A model generated the notes under the pieces. The model did not search any database, was not told the origin of the DNA, and saw only the letters and a program-made list of their open reading frames with translations. From Perkinsus chesapeaki ATCC PRA-425 (Eukaryota; Protista; Perkinsozoa): DNA of 44,614 nt. Positions 1 through 10,268 of this stretch are shown in pieces (the first letter of the stretch is position 1; each line of letters begins with the position of its first letter). The DNA lies in contig JAAPAO010000269.1 of assembly GCA_013115145.1 (NCBI GenBank), forward strand, positions 1 through 44,614. The letters run 5' to 3'. Made by a program: the position numbers and the translations under genes.

Positions 1-2
1 AT

Positions 3-227
3 GTAATCAGTGATGGTGACACTACTGATCAACAGAGATCTGATGGATCTGATAGGCGCAAGGAAACTTGTCAGATTACGAAAGATTCTTTGCGGAAAAA
101 TTGCAAAGATTCTCCGAGGTTGAAGCACGGAAGATTCTCCGAGGTTGAAGCGCGGAAGATTCTCCGAGGTCGAAACACGATAGATTCTCCAAGGTTGGAA
201 CATCCAGAAGAATTCTTCGAGGTCTGA
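3..227 (+). CDS. Possible 3' end of a gene truncated by the window edge (hydrophilic, runs through the 25-bp repeat)
   Basis: Frame 3 is open from base 3 to TGA 225-227 (VISDGDTTDQQRSDGSDRRKET...EEFFEV*). No recognisable motif. Confidence 0.2.
   Translation, partial: VISDGDTTDQQRSDGSDRRKETCQITKDSLRKNCKDSPRLKHGRFSEVEARKILRGRNTIDSPRLEHPEEFFEV
108..207. repeat. Tandem repeat, 25-bp period, about 4 copies (consensus GATTCTCCGAGGTTGAAGCACGGAA), with degenerate flanking copies
   Basis: GATTCTCC starts at 108, 133, 158 and 183. Weaker copies occur near 84 and 211. Confidence 0.85.
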
Positions 228-630
228 ATATGCAAATATATGGAACGATTCGAGTTCGTAAAACTGTCCAGCCTTGCCCAACCCCTTCAGAAACTAAACC
301 AAACAAATGAATGTGAGTTAAAATGACCGCCCCGTCGCTCGGCACTGCTCTGCCTTCTCACTCAGCTGCGCGATAAACTGGTAGTTCATCGCTGGCATAT
401 CCCGTCCCATCCTCGTTGACGCGTAAAAACGTTGATCGCGCTCGCCACGTCGATCGATTACGTCGTACCTTGTGATGGAGGGTGCCAAGTCAAAGGTGGA
501 GGTATCTGATATCATGGTTAAACTTGGTAATCATTTGGGTTATCGGACTATATACCGGGCTCGATCGATTTCGTCTTTAGGGAAAATCTCTTTGTATCAA
601 ACCTTAAACTGTCAGTTGCATGAATTTAAA

Positions 631-2236
631 ATGACAGCTAAAAATGATTGGCATTCTCGCGTTCCGTCGTTCATCTGGTTCTTACTATTCCGAGTCATAA
701 ACGCCCTTCTCATCTGCACTTACAGCAGTGCCGATGAATACTGGCAGTCAATAGAGGTATCCCATTATCTGGTCTTCGGTAGGGGGTATCTTACCTGGGA
801 ATGGCAGCCGGAGGTGGCATTGAGGTCCTCTTTGATGCCTCTGTTATATGTACCTTATTATTGGTTCTTGAAGGTTATGGGCTGGGATAGTAGGTGGCTG
901 GTCGCCTATGGCCCGAGGGTCTTCGTACAGGCACCGTTGGCAGCTCTGGCTGACCTGTGCTTCTCCAAAGTTTCCTCTATGGTATTGGAACCCTCCCTGG
1001 CAAGATCGGCTGAGGTCCTTTGGCTCACCAACTGGTTCATATTATCAATGCTCACAAGGACCTTCGCTAATAGCGTTGAAACAGCCCTTTATTGCATTAT
1101 TATATATACGCTCCTCAAGTGGACAAGGCAGCCGGCCAAGTACTGGTATTTATGTGCATCAACAATCCTATCAGCGTGCTCAGTCCTAATACGCCCGACT
1201 AGTGCCACATCTCTCGCACCTCTCTTAGCATTCAACTGCATCTACGTACTGTGCTGGACTAGGCAGTGGTGGCTGCTGCCGGTATGTGTCACCCTAGGCC
1301 TCGGGACCATGGCCCTTATTGGCTACCTTGATAGCTTCTTGCTCTACAAAGGAAGTCTTAAGGGCGCCTTGACGTGGTACAACTTCGCGGAGTTCAATTT
1401 CATCAATGATTTCGGCAAGCTCTACGGAGATAGTCACTCTTGGCTGTGGTAGGACGCCCCGTTCCCGTGTATTTTCCACTCTCCTTCTTAGGTACTTCAT
1501 AGCGGGCATACCGATACTACTGCTGAACCATACAGTGCCGTTGCTGCGTTCCCTTTGGAACCGAACATACTCCTTACCGATGGACAAGCGCTTCACTTTA
1601 TCATTATTGATGTCGTGGTTGGTCTCCTTGCCACTGCTGTCCCTGGCGACGCATAAGGAGCTCCGTTTCATAATGCCTACGGTGCCTGTACTATGCATCA
1701 TGGTTGCTCCCGCTGTCGGCCCCATCAAGGGAGGTCTTCGTGGACTGATAAAGAAGACTTGGCCGCACTTGCTCGTTGCATACATAGCGCTACGATGGCA
1801 CCAGTACGGTCCAGATGTGGTCATGTCCGAGCTTTCAAAGGAGGTAACTCCAGGCGAGAGCGTGCGGTTCCTTACACCGTGCCATGCAACGCCATTCACC
1901 ACACATGTTCACGGTGCAGGAATTGATGCTATGGATATACTGGATTGCTCTCCGCCATTGGAGGAGTTGGCTGCCGGGATCGAACCTGGGTTGAATGAGC
2001 GAGATGCCTTCTTCACTGATCCACAGAGCTATGTTGAGAATAAGACTAAGGGTTATGATTGGCTCGTTGTGTGGGGCGGTGCCGCGAGGCGTGAGGAGAA
2101 CGGCTTGGCGGAGTGGCTCGAGAAGGATGGGAACTATGAGTATGTGGAGAGCATCGGCGATGGACTGGTCAATGACGGCCCTTATGGCTTTGAGTTCTGG
2201 CCGACCTTCGAGTTGTATCATCATGCTCCCCAGTGA
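631..2236 (+). CDS. PIGB: GPI mannosyltransferase III (PIG-B/GPI10, Alg9-like GT22), 2 exons: 631-1448, 1492-2236
   Basis: Motifs ADEYWQSIEV, LTWEW, ALRSSL, RTFANSVET, IRPTS, HKELRFIMP and FLTPCHATP. A 43-nt GT..AG intron (1449-1491) joins the two ORFs in frame (WLW|YFIAGIP). Many TM segments. Confidence 0.93.
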
Positions 2237-2439
2237 TGTATTTTCATAGCGATCAAGTTGGCTGTGATTCAAGTCTGGATAAATGGGGCTGATCTGGCTG
2301 GCGGAATCCAAATACTTTTAAAATAGTTAACATTGTTACTTTTAGAAAAGGAGGCATTTGGTTTTGTATTATCTGGTTTTCTATCAGAAATTCCATCCTT
2401 TATCTTGCAGCTTGGTTTGTGTCGACTGTCCCCCTTCCC

Positions 2440-3582
2440 ATGGATACTTCTGAAGAAGTCCCAGCACCGGAGGAGGTAGAGCGAGTCGAGGAGCAACCGC
2501 CGGTGAAGAAGGCAAGAAAAACATGGAACGAATTGGCAGCCAACTCCCGTCGGCCAAATCCTAACGATGGAGGAGGGCTTCTTGAGGTAGGAAGTAGCTT
2601 TCTAGCGGAGCGAAGCAGAAAATGATATTTTAGTTTACAGGGCTCATGCCCCATCTGTCGGCCACTGCGTGTGCCGCCACCACCGAATACGTAGTGGGTA
2701 TGGGTTCCCGATACTGCCATGGTTGCGGCAGTCTCTTGGCACGGCATAAAGTTGGAGTTCGAGGGAGCATTCGACCGGTAAGGCTGCTGGCTGTATTTGG
2801 TCGATGCTTTGGTTTCAGCGCCCAAGGGCAGTTGACGATTTACTATCCCTGTTTTGCCGAGTTAGAAACGCTCGAGTGACCGTGATGGGTGTTGCACTGG
2901 GAGAGCTGGTTAAGGGGAAGGATGAACATAAGATACTTAAAGAGGTTAAAAAACAGCTCGACGAAGTTGCTACAGAAATCGAGAATCTGCCGGACAGTAA
3001 GTCTTTGTCAGGGCTCCGCAAATCTACAGTAAGTGCTACTGTTTTAGCGAACTCGAAGCCGAGATTGGCGAGTGCTATGAAGGAGGCTCTCGAACCCTTG
3101 GAGGAAATCCCTGCTAGGAAGGAGAAAAGCGACGAGGATGAGGATGAGGAGGGGATTGATATCGAATGTGTGAAGAAGTCAGTCCAAGTGGCGCTTAACT
3201 TGGACGCTGTGTATTTTTGGATCTACTACATGTGCACTATGGTAATGCAACGATAGTGGTTAATAGGAGATATGGTTTGCCGTGGTAGTCGTTCGAGCAC
3301 GGCCACAGGCTTCCCACTGGTCGCCCGTCACTGGCGCTGCCACCACCGCTGGAGTATTACTCTGTATGGTGTCTGTTGGCCGAGGAAGATGTGGACAGAC
3401 AAGAGAAGGTTGGTTCGGTGTTGGCCGACTGGACGGAGAAAAAACAAGGGAAGCTTGGACCAGCTGAAAAGGGGATTATCGAAGAGGCAAATCGTAGGAG
3501 TTGGGGCATGGTGGTGGTCCACTTGTCATTTCAAATGACTCATTTGGATCGCCTGGCTATGATGCCGTGGACGTTGCTCTAA
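2440..3582 (+). CDS. Multi-exon hypothetical protein; may be the N-terminal part of the downstream methyltransferase gene
   Basis: Frame-compatible exons MDTSEEVPAP..GGLLE | FTGLMPHL..RYCHGCGSLL..GSIRP | RPRAVDDLL..YFWIYYMCTM | SFEHGHRL..LEYYSVWCLLAEED..EEANR, separated by short GT-AG introns. No family recognised. Confidence 0.5.
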
Positions 3583-3607
3583 ACTGTCCATCGTCGTCGC
3601 CGTGTAG

Positions 3608-5459
3608 GTATCTTGGGAGGGCCTTCGTTCGACACTGAAAGTTGTCGTAACCCTATATGGTCGATTCAATGTCTAAGATGGGTTGAATCACAGCGTGTGG
3701 CAAATGCTCTGATGGAAGGCCATAAGCTTCATACTTGGGACACATTGGTAGGCAACACCTGCGTTCAACGAAGGACTGTCGTCGTTAGTTTACTGTGACG
3801 GCATAAGTTGCTCCGTTGATCGTCGTTCCCGAGAAAGCTGGATATATTGAGCATTTTAGATACCTTCGGGGATGGGGACTCGTCCAGAAGAGAGTCAGAC
3901 GCTGAAGCAAGGGGATCCACTCATGCCGAGCAAAGTGCGTTATCTATATCAGAAGAAGCTTGCTCACTTTTCGATTCTCCCAGATACTCTCGGACTGGGT
4001 AGATGCTACAAGAGACTATATGTGCCATATGTATGCTTCGCTCCGCTGCGATTTTGTTTCATGTTTTACACTTTTCAGATACGCCTATGCTACACCTACC
4101 GACTCAGCATTGGACCTTCTGGCCAGCTTTGTCCCCGGTGGGGTTGTTGAGGTCGGGTGCGGTACTGGCTATTGGGCGAAGCTTCTCCGGGATCGAAACG
4201 TAAGCTGTTGAGTTCTTCGCAGCCGACTGCCCAAGTTGCCATGTGTAGGTGGAAGTGATGGCGCTTGATAAGAACCCTCCAGATCATCAAGCCAATGCTT
4301 ACCATGGTCGGTGCAGGCCACACACTGAAGTGAAGAAAGGGGTAGGCAGTGAGAGGTAGTGTCGGAAGTGAGTATTTATGTTTTATATTAGAATGCTTCC
4401 GACCTGCAAACCTTGTCCGGCGAGGAATACTCCAAGTTGCTTTTGTGTTATCCACCACCGCAGGAGCACATGGCAGCAGAGGCGGTAGGTCAGCACAGTA
4501 GATCTACGGTGGATGTATTGGCCGTATCTTTGCATTCACCGTACTTTGGGTGTAGCTGGTTGCTTGAGGCTTTGAGCGGCATGGCTTTGGTGTCGTGAGG
4601 ATGTCTAGTCGTTTTTATGCTTCTATAGTTCACTTTCCGGGGGTATATTGTTTGTTTTTCAGATTGCCAATTTCAAAGGTAATTATGTTTTCCACGTGGG
4701 AGAGTGGTTCGGTGACACGGGATCACTGGCAATGCAGAAGGCCTTAGGCCAAGGCTTCAGGATGATCAAGCGAGAGCCATTGCCCAACTGGCCGAGTATG
4801 CATAATACTCAACCTAATACAGAGTAGTTATCCAATGCAGCGCAATACGCAGGTACCAGCTATGAAATGACAATATGGAAGCGGCGGTCGAAGGATGACG
4901 AGGGGGACAAAGCGTTGCCTGCTGTGGCTTGTAATAGAGCGTTTGGTCTGGGATGTAATTGACGGTTGTTGGTAGGCTCCCATTGTGGTGCAAAGGCTCA
5001 AGTACGATGTAGAATAACTTGCGAGACTGCGTAAGTTGGGACACTTTGTGTGCAGAATCCTAATTGGTTCAGTTCATCGCTTACCAGCTCCCTGGAGTGT
5101 TGTCTACCATGAGAAACAATTTATCTGTTTTTATCGATAACTAGCGGAACTCCAGATACTTGTTTGTCGCATTATGGAATCCTACATGGCTCTTTTCCCG
5201 TTTATTAAGTCTTCTCTCGTCATCTACTTGTGGAGGCTCAGCTAGATTGTCACGCCAGTGTGTTATCAGGTATTGCAACGAAGATGAGTGCTTGGACGCT
5301 CACAGAAGTAATCACCGGGCGCAGATGGCATTCAAGATGGTAGGTTCAACAAAGATTCTTCGGAGGTCAGTTGCTGTGCAGGTGCCGGTGTCTAAGAAAT
5401 TGATGGGCAGCCTTAAGCTGAGCAACAAACAAGTATTACGGAAGCTCAGGCGACGGTGA
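3608..5459 (+). CDS. Class I SAM-dependent methyltransferase with C-terminal MYND-like zinc finger (multi-exon; 5' end uncertain)
   Basis: Spliced reading YAYATPTDSALDLL..VVEVGCGTGYWAKLL (motif I), VEVMALDKNPP, LLLCYPPP, VGEWFGDTGS, LPNWPSTSYEMTIWKR. Then ACSHCGAKAQVRCRITCETAYCNEDECLDAHRSNH across introns 4931-4975 and 5031-5269. Stop at 5457-5459. Confidence 0.8.
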
Positions 5460-5660
5460 TGAGTTAGAGCCCGTCGTTTGCCTGAGAGTCCAACGTTAAT
5501 ATCGATTCACCAAGTTGTATGATGTACATTGTTGTTTTCTTCTGAGCTTTGAGGGTGTTTGTTGGGTCGGGATTTGGCGGAAATGTGGTATTATTGTTTT
5601 TGTGAGGTATTACTTAACCGTATGGTCTCAAGGGCCTCTCCCAATAAGAAAGCTAAGACC

Positions 5661-7696
5661 ATGTCTGGAAGTAAAATCGATCAGCTTGCCATCAACACTA
5701 TCAGGTGGGATGATTGATAATGGCATTCAGTAGAGTATGCATTGTTGTTAGGGTAACTGCCGCTGAAACGGTTCAGAAGGCCAACTCTGGTCATCCTGGT
5801 GCCCCTATGGGTTGTGCTCCTATGGGACATGCTTTATATGCCCATGCTATGAAGTATAACGCATCTAACCCTCAGTGGTGGAATAGGGATCGTTTTGTCC
5901 TATCTAATGGTCATGCTTGTGCTTTACAGTATGTTCTTATGTATCTTGCTGGATATAAGGATGTTGATATGGATCAATTGAAGAACTTCCGTCAATTGGG
6001 ATCAAGAACTGCCGGCCATCCTGAGCGAGAGCTTTTGGAAGGTGTTGAGGTTACCACTGGACCACTCGGTCAAGGTATCTCAAATGCAGTTGGTCTCGCT
6101 ATTGCCGAAGCTAACTTGGCAGCAACTTACAATCGTGATGGTTACGATATTTTCAATAATTATACCTACGCTATTTGTGGTGATGGTTGCCTAGAGGAGG
6201 GTGTAAGCTCTGAGGCATGCGCTCTTGCTGGTCATCTTGGACTTGGTCATCTTATTGTCCTTTATGATGATAATAATATTACCATTGATGGTGATACTAA
6301 GATTGCCTTCACTGAGACCATCACAAAGAGATTCGAAGGCATGGAATGGCAGGTCCTCGAGGTCCTTCATGGTGATACCGATTTGACTGATATCCTTGCC
6401 AAGATTGAGGAGGCTAAGAAGTGCACTGATAAGCCAACTCTTATTAAGGTTCACACTACCATCGGTTACGGTTCAGCCAAACAGGGTACAGCTAAGGTTC
6501 ATGGAGCTCCACTAGGCGCTGAGGATTTGGCCAATGTTAAGAAGGAGTTCGGTTTCGATCCTGAGAAGCACTTCGAGATTCCTGCTGAGGTTCAAAGCCT
6601 TTATAACAGTGCTTTGGCTCGTGGACAGGAAGCCAATAAGGAATGGGATGATCTTCTTGCCAAATATGCTCAAGCTTATCCTACCGAGTACGCTGAGCTC
6701 CTCAGACGTTCCAAGGGTGAATTACCCACTGATTTGGATGACTGTGTTCCACGTTATCATGTTGGTGATAAGCCAAAGGCCACTCGTGTCACCAGTGGTG
6801 AAGTCCTCGCTGCTTTGATGAAGCGTCTTCCTGAAATTGTCGGCGGCTCGGCTGATCTTACCGGATCTAACATGACCAATATGGGCAACCAACCGATGAT
6901 GCAAAAGGGAGCCATGCAGAACCGTTACATCGGTTTCGGCGTTCGCGAGCACGGTATGGCCGCCATCCTCAACGGTATGCAAGCTTACGGTGGATTCCTC
7001 CCGTTTGGTTCCACCTTTGTTAACTTCATCGGCTACTGCTGGGGTGCTGTGAGATTGTCTTGCCTATCTAAACAACAAGTCCTTTATGTTATGACACATG
7101 ATTCTATTGATCTTGGTGAAGATGGTCCAACTCATCAACCTATTGAGATGCTTCCTTTATTGCGTGCTACCCCTAATATGAGTTGCATCAGACCGTGTGA
7201 TGGCCGCGAAACCGTCGGTGCTTATATGGCCTATTTGAATAATAAGGAGGGACCAACTACTCTCATTCTTAGTCGTTCTGGACTACCTACATTTGAACAT
7301 TCTTCACCTGAAGGTGCCATGAAAGGTGCTTATATTATTGATGATTTCTCTGGTAAGGGTAAGAAGGTTATTATTATTGCAAGTGGTACTGAAGTCCTTC
7401 AAGCTGTTGAGGCTAAGAAGATGCTTGCTGAACAGGGTGTTGATGCTCGTGTTGTTTCTATGCCTTCTTGGGATCTATTTGAGAAACAGATTGATGATTA
7501 CAAGAAGGTTGTCTTCCCCGAGGGTATTAAACGTTTGATGGTTGAGGCCGCCAGCCCTCTTGGATTTGAGAGGTATGCCGATGACTGGGTTGCCATGAAC
7601 ACCTTCGGTGCCTCTGGCCCTGCTGGTAAGGTCAAGGCACACTTTGGTTTCACCGCTGAGAATATATCTGATAAGGCTAAAAGGCTTGCTGCCTAG
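5661..7696 (+). CDS. TKT: Transketolase, copy A; 2 exons (5661-5704, 5752-7696); possible upstream in-frame ATG at 5622
   Basis: KANSGHPG, NRDRFVLSNGH, ThDP-binding GDGCLEEG..DDNNITID, GGSADLTGSN, GVREH and THDSIDLGEDGPTHQP motifs. 47-nt intron 5705-5751 after AINTIR. Confidence 0.97.
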
Positions 7697-7962
7697 TACC
7701 GATGTCAAGTACGCGTTAACACTACTATTCTATAACACATAAAACTGCTTTACCCATTGTAACGGTGGTGGTGCTAATCTTCATACTGCGGAAAGTCTCA
7801 AATGTCGCTAAGTAAAAAACATACCTACTGAGGCCGTATGGCTATAACTGAATATCTTATCTCAATTAATAAAGCTTGCGTATCTTTCTTGGCGAGTTCG
7901 GGAATTCATTTCAGTTCCACTTCTGTGTCTGCTGCTGCTGGTTTACTTCTTTTCCTGTCTCT

Positions 7963-10044
7963 ATGTGCACTGATAGCTCCGCCACTGCTCCATCGGTCTA
8001 CGACCTCTTTGTTAACGATTCAACAGCCTGTGATGTTTGCGAGAAGCTCATAACTTACCTCAAGACCGTCTCTGGCAAGGTTGGTTTCTGGCGGGTCGAT
8101 CGGATCGGATGGTGACGCTTTACACGTGAATTCTGGAAGGGAGTCTGAGTTTCACAATTGATTCAGTGAAGCGCTCACCCTCTCACTCCAGCCGAGCTTG
8201 ATCATTATCTGCCATGCTCCTAGGCGTCCCTTCTGCTGGTCTAAAGTTTGCTGCTCAGGGCGCCCGGTTTACTGGATCCATCATCCGGGCCACGACTAAG
8301 CCTGGTAACTCAGCACTGAGCGCCGCCTTCGACCAGCGACTACCTGTGTATGCTAGCCAGAAGAAGGAAGAGGCCTTCGAGGGAGGATACAAGGTGAAGT
8401 GTTGGTTACTGGAGAGGTTGATGGGTGTTGTGGTAGGCATTGAAGGCCATCGCTGAGGACTCTGCTTTTGGAGCTCTTCTCATCCCCGAGGGCAGCGATG
8501 CCCTCAAGTGGGTCGAGTGGGCTCTTAATGAGAGCGAAGGCTCCTTCAAGCTGAGCAAGCAAGGTGTCGAGAAGCTCAATAAGGCTCTTGAGGACAGGGT
8601 GGGTGCTACATACTGGAGATTGCGGTGAACCGGTTGGCCAGGTTTTCCTGCTCGGCGGTTCGAATATAACTCTTGCAGACTTTGTAGTTGCTCACGCCGC
8701 TGAGCGATGGGCATCTAAGGCCTCTCAGAAGGAACTTGCCCAGTTTTGCAATATCACCAGGTAACCGCTACCGCTCCCCTCATTAAGTTCTATGTCCCTT
8801 GTTAGATGGTACAGCCACATTAGTAGCCTGCCCGGCAGCCCCTTCCCCGATAGCGTCATCGATTTGCACGCTGTATCGAGGGCCTATGCTAACCTTCATA
8901 AGGGTGAGGGCGCCGCTGCTGGTGGCAAGGGTGGCAAGGGCTCCCCCAAGAAGGGTAATAGAAAGGCTTGCGGGGAGGGAAAGAGGGGCTGATCCTTTAG
9001 GTGCTGATGCCGATGAGGCTGCTAAGAAGAAGGCTGAGAGGAAGGCCAAGAACAAGGATAAGCAAGCTAAGGCTCAAAAGGAGACACGGCCTGTTGAGGA
9101 TGTCAGTAGACTTAATATGATTGTTGGTAATATATGGAGTTGGGGGGATTCGAACCTGGGACTTGGTGCGTCTCAGGTAAGATCAATAAGGTCTGGGAGC
9201 ATCCTGATGCCGAGAAGCTGTGGTGTGAGGAGATTGACTGCGGTGAAGCCTCTGGTAGGTTTGTCTGAATCTCTCTTGCGATCGTCTCAATGGTTTGGCT
9301 ATCAAGAGAAAGTCCTCGTTATTTTGCACTACATAGCTCTGAGAAGAGCTCACATTGTGCATTGGATCATAAATTTTATAGTGTAGTGGAGCCTGTGTGG
9401 CTTTGCTGCTGCTGCCACTCGCTCGGTGTGTCCTGTCCTTTGCTTGTCTTTGCATATCCCTCGTCACAGGTTTTCTGTTAGGTCCTCGTCAGATCGCCTC
9501 TGGCCTTCGTGACTTCTACAAGCAGGCATCTGATCTCGAAGGTCGTAAAGTTGTTATCCTGGCCAATCTCAAGCCCCGTCCTCTTCGTGGATTCGTCTCC
9601 CACGGTATGGTTATGTGCGCCTCGACCGGTGACCACAGCCAAGTGGAGGTCCTCGATGTCCCCGCTGATGCCAAGCCCGGTAGGATAACTAGTGTCTTAT
9701 CGAACCCATGGGGATTTGTGGTTTAGGTGACCGCATCACCATTCCTGGCTTCGACGGTGAGCCTGATGAAGTCTTGCATCCAAAGCATAATCCTTTCGAT
9801 GCTGTTAAAGGTAGAAAGTGTCGACGGGGAATCTTGCATTCTTGCATTTTCTCAACGGTTTTTCTTTGCAGGTGATTTGAAGACCGTCAAGGAGGCTGAT
9901 GGCAAGATCGTTGCCACTTATAAGGTAGTAGCCCGATGAGCTTTCTTCGTCTGAAAAATGTTATGGTTTTAGGGCAAGCCGTTCACTCTTCCCAGCGGTG
10001 AGATCGTCACCGCTCCCGGCCTCGTCGATTGCGAGATCTCGTAA
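7963..10044 (+). CDS. Arc1p/AIMP1(p43)-like aminoacyl-tRNA synthetase cofactor: GST-like N-terminal region + Lys-rich linker + tRNA-binding OB-fold (EMAP-II/Trbp); multi-exon, start uncertain
   Basis: GST-C-like exons KLNKALEDR|VFLLGGSNITLADFVVAH..NITR|WYSHI. Linker AKKKAERKAKNKDK. OB fold NMIVG|KINKVWEHPDAEKLWCEEIDCGE, RQIASGLR, VVILANLKPRPLRGFVSHGMVMCAS, VEVLDVPADAKPG|DRI. Stop at 10042-10044. Confidence 0.88.
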
Positions 10045-10268
10045 GCCTTGACTGCAACGGGAGACAATTTACTAGATTGAGGGCTTAGTGGAACGTACAT
10101 CGGTGATAGTTTCCTTAAAGCTGCTCAGTCTTGCGCTGCATTATTCAATCAAAAAACAAAACACTAGAGAAACCTCGACCGGTTGTGTCTCGTGGAGCAG
10201 CAGGGACGGAGCAGTGCTAGGGGGAATAGTACGGTCGGTGAGCCACCGCTACAGTGGTTTAATAAGTG

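Noticed and set aside
108-207. CRISPR-like array
   Set aside because: The units are contiguous with no unique spacers, there are no cas genes, and the context is eukaryotic.
472-630. N-terminal extension of the PIG-B ORF from the alternative start at 472
   Set aside because: Non-ATG start in a eukaryotic context. Family similarity begins only after ATG 631.
2641-2780. Apparent in-frame TAG readthrough (PPPPNT*WVWVPD, stop at 2692-2694)
   Set aside because: Using the acceptor at 2633 gives a stop-free frame that also fits the next exon.
6191-7708. Antisense and alternate-frame ORFs over transketolase A (mirrored at 22993-24340 in copy B)
   Set aside because: Shadows of a codon-biased CDS. 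Their duplication simply reflects the gene duplication.
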